DNA of 64,000 nt, taken from the NCBI GenBank assembly GCA_965153455.1, contig OZ234493.1:930001-994000 (forward strand), written 5' to 3'. Below, in pieces: positions 53,330 through 64,000 of the stretch. The stretch comes from Sphagnum compactum. Taxonomy: Eukaryota. Within the stretch, counting starts at the first letter, position 1; each line of letters begins with the position of its first letter. The position numbers and the translations under genes are program-made. A model generated the notes under the pieces. That model saw only the letters and a list, made by a program, of their open reading frames with translations, was not told the origin of the DNA and made no database searches.

Positions 53330-55290
53330 TGGAATCCTTAATCATCATTATCAAGTCTTTAATCTATAACCTAAAGTCTTTAATCTAGTCAACATTTTTG
53401 GAGTCCTTAATTAACATGTTAGGTTCCTTAATTAGGAACCAAAGTTCTTAGTCAGCATTCTAGAGTCCTTAATTAAGAACCAAAATCTTTAATTAACATT
53501 ATGGATTCCAAGAATCAATGTCCTTAATTATGGAGTCCTTTATGTCCATAATGTTGATAATTGTTCTAAATCTCATTTATTAAAAAATTCAAATGTAATG
53601 TCTAAAATATAATTATTTAGATAAAACATTTACTTTCACAATTACATTGAATTTTTTAATGTCTTCAATTTCAAAACGTGAATAAGTAATTAAGTCACTT
53701 AATTAAAAATCATATATAATGTATTAAATCTTTGATTGAATTATAATCTATAACTATTTAGGAAAAAAAATTTATTATCATAATCATATTGAACTTTGTG
53801 ATTCCTTTCAATTTCAAAACATTTTCAATATTTGTTTCAAAAGTTCAAGCAATGTTTTTTTTTGCTTGGGTTAGAAATTTCACATATAACTATTTGGGTA
53901 CATTTGATTTCCTTATTTACATTATTGAATTCAAATTTTTAATATTTTTAATCCAAAGTTTTAGATGCTCCATTAATTTACATATTTTGATTTATGCCAC
54001 ATGTTTGTCAAAAATAAAATTTTTAACAAAATATCTCTAAAATTTCATTAAAAAAAAATCACTTTTGAAATTATGGTATTAAAATTTTTATGCCTTTAAT
54101 CTTATATCAAATTTTGGAATAAAAGTAAAAGAATTGAACTCAATGTTACAATGTTTTTGTAATAACAATGGATTTCACTATAAATTTTATAAGTTAATTA
54201 ATTTTTATTTTTTAAAATTTAAATTTAAATGAGATGTACATTAATTTTTTTTCTATTTTTTTTATAAAATTAAAGGAAGCTACTTTGTTTTATTCCATTT
54301 TACTCATGTCATTTGATCATAAATAAATAAATAGATTAATTTAATTTAAATTCGACATATATATTCATCCAATTGATTCATCACAAATATGAATTGAATC
54401 ATGGAATTTGAATATGTCAAGATTAGCATTTAATTAATTATTATGGTCTATTTTTTATAATTTTGATAAAAGTAGCAAATTTTAAATTAATATTCCATGT
54501 TTTAATTTAATTTTTTTTCAAAATTTCCCCCTTGTAAATTATTTATTTATTTGAATACAATTATGAATAATAATTGAAATCATGAAAACTATATCTTTTG
54601 TCAATGTTTTGTGATGAAGTTTAAAAATGAGAACATGACATTTTTTCCCCATTTTATTAATACCATGTCATTAAAAATGACATTATAATCATGTGTGTCA
54701 TATTTTATGACTAATTTTAGTCATGTTAGTTATATTAGTCAAAATAGACAAATCCATGTGGGCACCCACATTTACCACTTGTGCAACATATTGTCTAATT
54801 TGACTAATGCTAGATTTTTAATCATAACAAACATTGCAATTTTTTATCTTAGTCATGATGGACACATTTAGTCACTTCAAACTATTAATGTATTCCAAAT
54901 ATTGACTATATAGTCATTTTAGACATGATGTTAGCAATGTAAAAATCATCATTTTCTAGTAGTGCTTTAATCAACATTATGGAGTCCTTAGTCAACATTT
55001 TGGGTTCTTTAATTAGGAACCAAAGTCCTTAGTCAACATTTTGAAGTCCTTAATTAGGAACCAAAGTCTTTAATTAGCATTATGGGTTCCATAATTAGGA
55101 ACAAAAGTCCTTAATCAACATTATGGGTTCCATAATCAGGAACCATAGTTTTTTATCAACATTCAAGGTTCCTTAAATAGGAACCAAAATCGTTAATCAA
55201 CATTATGGGTTCCATAATTAGGAACCAGAGTTTTTAATCAACATTAAGAGTCCTTAGTTAGGAACTAAAATCTTTGATCAACATTCTGGG
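53330..55290. repeat. Tandem minisatellite (~20/41-bp unit) split by a CACTA-ended insert
   Basis: GTCCTTAATCAACATTATGG / TCCTTAATTAGGAACCAAA units occur at about 53330-53540 and 54965-55290. The intervening block ends in TTTTCTAGTAGTG at 54964. Confidence 0.75.
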
Positions 55291-58200
55291 TTATTATTCT
55301 TCTTATACCAAGTAAAGTAGTTAGCACCAAATCATTTTCATAAAAGCTTACTATTACTGTAAATGTACACCAAGTCTTCAACTTGCTTTAATGTGAATTA
55401 GTTTCACATTTTGCTATGGGCAAATGAGTATGAACTCTAAATTCATTTACATGATGATGCAAAACACACTTGTGCTAAGATGTGATGGGCAATGGGTGCA
55501 AGTCTACATTACCAACTCCAACCAAATTGCAACATCCATGTGAGAGCAAGTTGAGGGCATCAATTAGGGGGGTGTAAAAAAAAAAAAACCTTCAACTTTC
55601 AACAAGGTCCTTTAAAACTTGAGTATAGGTTGTTAGGCTATTGGTGTTTTTTTTAAACACATGGTTGAATGCTTCCTTAGCATTTGCAATTACATTGAAG
55701 TGGGTTTCAACTGATATGTGGGTGCAAGCATGCAAAAGTAGGTAAAAAAAGTAAACATTACAAGTAAAAAACATAAAATTGTCAACTTTGAAGGATAAAA
55801 AGTAAAACTTAATCCTTAAAAACATACAAAAGAACTACATGAACATATGTGGTATGGTACAAATATGTTTTTTAAAGCTTAAAATGTTTTCCCTTTGTTT
55901 TAACCTACTAAATCATTTTACTTTCCAAATTTACGTTGTTGTCCCAAATTGCACAAAATAACTTAAATGTATATCAATTAACTATCATTTGACAAAAAAT
56001 TCATATGTCCTATTTTTAAATTGTTAGAGGATTTTTTTGACATATTATATGCAAGTATTGATGTTTGGGTTCATGTAGAAAATTATGTTTTAGACACGTA
56101 ATTTTGTTAATTTGATTGTTATAATTTCTTGGATGGTGACTGAAGTTTTTGAACCTCTCAATGAGAGCTTTCCAAAAACATATGACTCTTGATTTTTCCA
56201 AGATCTGCACATCTATAAAAAAAATAAAACAAAAGTATCACTATTGTATGCATTTGAATCTTCACTATTTCATAGATTTGAATAACAATGATATCTTGAA
56301 GATTTTATTTTTCAATATAAAGATTTGTAAATAAACATATTTAGAATCTACATGGTTTTTTTTGTATATATATATAACACTTCCCCACCTTTTAAAAATA
56401 TAATGAACCAATAAAAATGGTTTAAATGTTGTGTTATATTTAGTTGTAATTATAAAATTATTTTAAAATAAAATATGTTAATTATGAAACATATAATATT
56501 ATTATCAACATTTTAAAATTTTATTAAAGATATTAAAATTATTTAAATGTCAAAATTATTAATTTATACACGTATACTTTTTAATTTCTTAACTTTTTTC
56601 AAATTTTATTATGAGTTGTAAAATTTAATCTACTTTCAATTTTTTTCAATTCATTAAAAATGATTTAATATAAAATATTAAAAACCTCCAAGTTGTATGA
56701 CCAAATATTTTGATAAATTACTAGAGATCAAATTTTATATTCCTTGTTACCCATCACATAGAAACATGAAAAATAATGCCATTTTCGGGCATGTGGATTT
56801 CTTTTGAAATTCAATAGTTATCATTAATAAGAATACATTTCATTATTTAATGTCAAGAAATTATACATATATATATATTCATTTAAATAAACCTTTAAGT
56901 AAAAGTTTCAACTTAAAAGTTTTAATTATATTCTAGGCATCAAGAACTTTGGCAAAAAAATTTCATCTTTTTGGAATTTTTTCAAAAATGAAAAAAAATT
57001 CCCCCAAATTTGTTTTAACCATTATCCAAAAATTCACATTAAGTAATTAATGACTTGAAGGCAAATATTCTAAAAATTATAAGGTATTAGTCATTTATTT
57101 GTGCACTAATTATGTGTTTGATCATCTACAAGCTTATAATATGCTTATTATATAAGTATGTATGTTTACCTTCTAGTTCTTTTCCCTTTTAATTCATAAG
57201 TTTTTAATGTTTCAAATTGTATATTATTAAATAATTATATGGTGTTCATGAAGAAGATTTTTAATCCTGTAATCCTATCCATGAAGAGTTTTAATTATGT
57301 AGTCATATCCATGGTTACAAGAATATGACTAGGGACAAAAACATGGCACATATGATTAGAAATGGTCACTATCATATTTGTCCTAGTCATAAATGTCAAG
57401 TTTTGGCGTAGTGTTTTCAAAAAATTGGATAATAATTATGATGATCTTAGAGATTAACTTAAAAAAGTTTCAAATAAATTTGATGTTGGAATTATTAGAA
57501 TTACTTTTAAACTTTTACTTATAGGAATTAACTTTTTTCTTTGAAATTTGTGATTTCAAATTTTTGGCAAATATTAGGGCAATTTTGAAATTTGTGATTT
57601 CAATTTGTTGTTTACATTCTTTCTTGAATTTGTACTATTTTTTCCTTTTTTTCCCAACAAAAATTGACAAGTTAGGAAAACCCAAAACCGAAAAAACATG
57701 TTGGTTGTGTGTGAGGGGGGGGGGGGGGGGGGGGGGGCTTGGTTGAAGGTGGGGTAATTGAATTATTTAAACCCAGAATTCCACCAAATTAAAATGTTTT
57801 TACTCTTTAAAAGGAAAAAAATTGTAAAATATACTTTTACATCATTAAAAAATAATAATATGTTGATATTTTCTTCAAAATTATGTTATTAATAATTTTT
57901 ATTATTATATGATTCATCTCGCTAAACAAATATGGTCTTGATAATTAAATGGTTATATTGTCTATTTAATTAATGTTTATTCTTGTGGCCAATTTCTACC
58001 AATTTAAGGGGGCAACAACATTATGAAAGATTTTTTTTTTGAAATTAAAAATATATGTTGCCAAATTTTACAATAAAATATAGTAAGTAACCATAATATT
58101 GAAGGACTTAAACAAGTTTCCAACTAGATTACTTATCTATAACCAAATGTGACAATCTTCTTATGGATGATTACCATAAATTTTCTCACACCATGTCGTG

Positions 58201-60211
58201 ATAGAAATGCAATTTGTGATTCCATGATCCAAAAAGCATTTTTTTTTGGGTATGATAGCATGGTGCATTATTTCATGTCATAATTTTTAAAATTAAAAAT
58301 TATCTAGTGAAACATGTGACTATTTAAAATGATTTAAAAACATTTCACTAAAAATTTCCTATTCAACTAGTATTTTTTAACAAAAACCATACAAGTTACA
58401 TATTAGTCAATTTTGTTTTATTTAACTAAAAACCTAGTGAATTTGGGTAGTGGAAAAAAACAAAATTTCTTCTTGTGATTCTATCCTTGCAATATGAAAT
58501 GACAATGCAACAAACTTGCGTTCCACCTTATCTAGCTTGTCCTGTGACATCAAATACCATGGATCCAAGTGTTCCACCTTCCCTCATTGAAAAAACACAA
58601 GAACAATAGGCTTCATTAATAGATTAAGGTATGTAACAATAGGATTGGACTCCACCTTCAAGGCTATAATTGAAATTAAACACCAATGGCAAATGCAATA
58701 TGATGATTTGAAACATCAAACACCCATAAAGGTTTCACCCTTCCTTCCCAAGGTATATGGCAATGGTTGCATATTAAACAACACAAGGCCTATACACCTC
58801 AAAGAAAAAAATGAGTTTAATTTGTAAAGTTTGGTTTATATTATTAAACACAAACAAATTTTGTCACCAAATCAATTGTGGAGATGAATCCACCATTGAT
58901 CAGACAGTAAAAGATGAAAGGGTTATTGTCGTTGGCAATCATTAAAGGCTAATGGAAACTGAAATGTTTTGGTTGCTTGATGTATGGCAACTAAAAATGG
59001 ATTCGGTCACTTTTTGTTGCCACAAAATTAGCCAACCAAAATTTTCTAGTCGTTGCAAAAGTGGTGACCAAAAATGGATTTGGTTGCCATAGGATTGGTG
59101 ACAAAAATGGGTAAGTCATGTTAATTATGATAGCCCTACTTATAGTGATGAATTACACGTGTACATAATTGTGCATCATTATTTTGGTTCACAATCATAA
59201 ATGTAGTAAACACAAAATTGAACTAATATGGATAACCATTTTACATGTTTTTTTACATGATTATTTTTTACACACAGTGACTAGTGCTTAGAACTCAAAA
59301 TTTTGAACCTAATGAATATAAATGACATGGTAAAAAAAGGACGTCCTTTCCCTTGCAATTGTTTGGTTCAAAATTTCAAGTTTTCAGATTTTTGATATGA
59401 TTTGCTTTTTTATCAAATTCACCTAGTGAACGTGTACTTGCATAAAAGGAAACATGTTTTTCTTCAACAATTTTTTTGAAATCAATTACATGATTTTATA
59501 CTTTTTTTAAATTATTATTTTAAAAAATGTAGTTGGGCAAGTTTGTTGTAGAATGAGCCATTGCAAGTATAACCATTATTTAAAATTCAATATTTCTTAT
59601 GTTACCTACATGTTGTGATATGATATACACTCAAGAATCACATATAGAAGTATGAATCACTCTATCAACATTTTAGGGTGAAAAAGGATTAATTTAGCAC
59701 TTGTAACTACTTCCAAGGTTACAAGTGCTAAATTGAGTGAGTCAAATAAACATTTTTGAAATGAATCCAATTTGTTTTGGGAATTTTGAACATATTAATG
59801 CAAATTGAATCATTACTACATTTTACATAGCTTGGGATCATCATTTGGACTCATGCACAAATAAATTATAAAATTAATTTTTTGAATTCAAAAATTTAAT
59901 TGGAACATAAATTTTGTTTAATAGTTGCACACCATATCACTTTCCAACATAAACTTTTTATTTTTCTAAAAGAAAACAATGCGTTGAATGTGGTTCCTAT
60001 TGATGTGGATTTACTTAGTTTAAAAAATGAATACAATTAATTTAAAGAATCAAAAAAGACATTAACATATTATTCAAATTATTTCAAATTTTGTTCAAAA
60101 AGTTGATAAGACATCGTGTTTTATTTATTGACATAAAAAAGTCCGATATAATTGTAACAATCTAAATAGAAAAAAAATCCAAAGTTGGATTTTGGAATCC
60201 TTTAAAAACTA

Positions 60212-61329
60212 GGGTGAAAGCATGAAAAAAGGAGCCAATTATGCCAAGGTTGAAGTCCTTTCCAAAGACTGCATTTTCCACATGCTGATTATTTATTGGT
60301 TTACAATGCATTTTCACAAAAAATTTAAACTAAATATCAAATTTGAAGCCAAATATGACATATAACATGATAAAAACTCAATTTTGTTTGCATCAAGCTT
60401 TACATTATAATCAAATTTATAACTTTACTTTGAACATGATTACAAATTCAAAACTATAATAGTGTTGAAGGACGTTTGAAAATCAAAATTTAAAAGGTAT
60501 ATGTATTTTTATTTTTTGAATGTTTTGAACACATGGATCCCTTCTTGTGGAATATATTAAATTTCACAAAAATTGAAATGATTTGGTGAAAATTTGATAC
60601 TGAAAAAAGACTTTTGAACCAAAAAAACTACTTATCTACATGCTTTTCTTGAGTGTTTTAAACACGTAAAAGGACTTTTGAAACATGGTGAATTTTTATG
60701 AAAAATTTGTAATTGCAACTTTGAACTTGTATAATAACTTATTTAAAAAATAAACAAATTTTTTGATATATAGTGTTCCCATAGTATTTTTTCGAAAATT
60801 CAAATAAAGGTGTGTTTAAGGAATTCTATCCAAAATATGTCATGCTTCAGAAATTTCCCTAAAAATAATTGTTTTTTACAATACTTTTTTTAAAACACTA
60901 ATTATAATGCTTTAATGAATGCTTTTGAGTCTTGGTTTATTGGAGTGAACCAAAAATGGAAAATATTTTGGAGTTTGGTATTCAACTCATAAAATTTACA
61001 CTTAAAATGGGGTATTTAAGAAGCTTTGTTGATATTTTGACAAACTTAAACACTAGTATCTCTTCGGAAATTTTATATTAAATTTGATAGTAAACGTGCA
61101 TGAATAATATTTTATGGTACCTCTAGTGAACCAAGACCCTAAATTAAGTATTCTCTTCTCATTATATTCATTCCAAATCATATCACATGTTTCCATAATA
61201 TATTAGAAACATTGCCATGAATGCTTTTAAATGATTTATACCATTAATTTATAATTTTTGACATTGAACATGAAAAATTTGTAAGGACTATCCACACTCT
61301 TTGTGGTTCATTTTTTCATGCTTTCACCC
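60212..61329. mobile_element. 1.1-kb non-autonomous TIR element with GGGTGAAAGCATGAAAAAA TIRs
   Basis: Perfect 19-bp inverted repeats at 60212-60230 and 61311-61329. Its left ~400 bp are homologous to 41318-41721. No TSD was recognised. Confidence 0.8.
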
Positions 61330-62949
61330 AGTTCCTTTTCGGAACTTCAATCATGAATGATCCCATGTTCATTTTAAGAGGATGCACAAATTTTTATATA
61401 TCTATTTGGGTGAAGGCATGGTAAAATAAAAAGGTTGACAAACTAAAGGCAAGTTTTTAAATGAGACCCTTTTTCACATAAGTACATGAAAGTATATTTA
61501 AAATATAATCAAGCTTCAATGTGAAATCATTTTTATTATCATTGAGTTTTAATATAATTTGATTACAAAGTTTGAAAAAAAAGATAATAATAAAAGTAGA
61601 AAACAAATATTTTTGAAATTGACTTGTCAATTTATCATATTCAAAATTATTTTTCCATTAAAAAATTTAATTTAATAGATATGTACTAAGTTGATATATT
61701 AATATCATTGTATTTCAAATAAGGAATTTTAAAAAATGTACTTTCCCCATACTTGACACATACAAGTGAAACAATGTTACACTACAAAAGTAGACCTTAA
61801 AAACTGTTTACATTAAAAAAAACCCTACTTTCAACCTATTTTTACAATGCATAATTTGAAAATTAATGCACAATAATGAAGATGTTGCTTGTTTTTATGA
61901 TTCAAGTAAAAATATTGGATGTGTAACAATTCTATGTTAAGTTTCATTATTATATTCTATCAATTTAATAAGTAAATTGTTAAGGTAATATGTTTGTATA
62001 TTTTATCTTGCTTTGACCCATTTCTTATTAAATTCCATAATATAATACAAATAAGCTTTAAATGTGCCTTAAATTGGGCCGATCTTAATCTTTTATCATT
62101 ATGCAATCTTTTGCAACCAAGCTTCCAACTGAAATTTACAATTTTATCAAACACTTGCACACTAACCACCAAACATAATAAAAGGAACCAAGGGTGCCAA
62201 GATAAAATCCCATTCCAAATATTTTATGTTCATCATGTGGCGTTCATGTGTTGGTTTAAATTATTTAATTTTTTTCATTTCTCATACCCAATTTACAACA
62301 ATGTGTTAAATATAAATATAAATTGATTACATCTTGATCTTATATCATGTATGTTATGCACCCATGCTCTTTGCCACATAAAAAGGAATAAATTTTATGA
62401 AAGACACATCTTTAAAATTAATGATTTTTAGTGGCAAAAACATGTTTGAACCAGAAGTGTCAAAATGCGTTGTAAACATGAATCAAAATTTTGAACTCAT
62501 GGTACTCTTTTGATCATCAATATTAAGATTCACTCCAATTTTGAAAGGAATGGTGCACATTTGATGTGAAAAAATGATGTTTTCCAAAATATGATTGTCC
62601 GGAAATAGATTTTGAGTGATTGCAACATGCAAAAGAACTTTCCAAAAATCATCCATTTGTATCAAATTTTGATCATTAAAAATAGTATAATGGAGCCTAC
62701 TCCAAAAACAAAATGACAATCCAAATTATATTGTGCTCCCTTTGTGATGTAAAAAATATTCATGATTTAAGCATTATCCACACCCCTTGTGCTATATTTA
62801 TTGTGTTTGCACCCCTATATTTTAATGGAAGATGAAATAGACAAATTGTATCAATTTCAATAGACATGATGTGGCACCACAAATTTAAGGGTGTGTTTTT
62901 TTTATGAACAAGTCAAAGGTGCCCATATTTTTCTAAGTTGCCCATCCTT

Positions 62950-63740
62950 GTGGGTGACTGAAACAAGCAGAAGAGGGGTTTGTCATATTCCCCCCTTTTT
63001 TATCACCAACAAATTGTGGGGACTAAATTTGATGAAGACCAAAATGGTTTTGGTCACCATCTACTAGTAGTGATAGAATCCATTTTGTTCACCATCCAAC
63101 GGTGGCAACTGAATCCGTTTCGATCACCATCCTATGGATTGAATGAATTCGACGAGGGCAAGTGAATTCAATTGCCATCTAGTGAAAACCCCTCTTTTTG
63201 TTTTCTTCTTCCATCCCCACCATTTGGGTTTTTCTTCCTTGTTTTTTGGTTTTTAACCCCCCTATTTTGCTTGGTTTTTTACCTCTTTCGTCCCCACTCC
63301 CGTTTTGTTTTGTTTTTTTTTCGTTGGCCCCCCTTTTATTTTTAAGATTCTTCTTTGGTTCCAAACCCTTTATTTTGTTTTGTTTTCTTTCTTCTTTTGT
63401 TTTTGTCTTGTGTGTTTTCCTTTCTTCTTTTGTTCCTACCCCCCCATTTCCTTCTTTTTTTTCTTTATTTTTTTTCTTACTTTGCTTAGTCTTGCCAATA
63501 TTTTTTTCTTGTTCTCATTGCCTTTTTTTCCTTTTTTTTCTCCCGTTCTTATTCTTCCTTTTTATCTTCTTCCCCTTGTTCTTATTACCATTTCATGCCT
63601 TCCCCCCATGCCTTTCTAGGCGATTGAAATTTTTTGATTGCCATCCAACACACCCCTACCAGCAAATGGCAACCGAAATTCTTTGGTTGCTATCCAATGG
63701 TGTGGCTATATCGGATGGCGACCGAAATTAGGGGGGGGGG
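62950..63740. repeat. Repeat with GGCAACCGAA / TTGGTTGCCA motifs and a T/C-rich low-complexity core
   Basis: The motif cluster is also seen at about 58960-59110. The Phe-rich ORFs at 63198-63731 derive from the low-complexity tract. Confidence 0.55.
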
Positions 63741-64000
63741 AACATGTCATATTTTTTGGACAAGATATGGGTTGGTACTTCCATGTCGTTTTAGTGATGG
63801 AAGGACAAGTCCACCACATTGGGCAAATAGGGCTTTGACTCGTGGATGTGCCTTTGAACACATTGCAACTCTAGCTTGCCCATTGCCATCATATTGATAA
63901 CCCAAATGGAAGAACATTCTATCCTTGTAGTATGAAACAACATTGCCATAAATGTGGACTCCACACGTTCCGCCTTCCCTCCATCAATAAAACATTGTAC

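Noticed and set aside
53330-55290. Regular short repeats resembling a CRISPR array
   Set aside because: The units are contiguous and degenerate with no unique spacers, no cas genes are present, and the context is eukaryotic; this is a minisatellite.
63179-63731. Phe/Leu-rich 177-aa ORF resembling a membrane protein
   Set aside because: It is the translation of a T/C-rich low-complexity tract inside a repeat.

Overview
AT-rich eukaryotic plant genomic DNA, not a prokaryotic window; the repeat types and intron style suggest a bryophyte, possibly a peat moss, which is inference only. One intact host gene is present: a 3-exon, 1001-aa LRR receptor-like kinase resembling the IRK/PXC2 (LRR-VII) group at 16369-20242 (+). 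The rest is largely decayed and nested transposons. These include a full-length but dead Ty1/copia element (41955-47694, -) with LTRs, PBS, PPT and an ATTAA target-site duplication, and a degenerate non-LTR retrotransposon with a restriction-like endonuclease (CRE-like; about 10300-12620, -). Non-autonomous Helitron-like, Tourist-like, hAT-like and CACTA-like elements and several tandem arrays also occur. The most unusual signal is four separate, diverged and pseudogenised copies of an apparently intronless coiled-coil + C-terminal RING-H2-variant gene, three of which share an unrecognised N-terminal domain. They lie among DNA-transposon termini, and two sit just inside a GGGTGAAAGCA TIR-like motif, suggesting a transposon-borne family of putative E3 ligases. 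All alignments and translations were done by eye.
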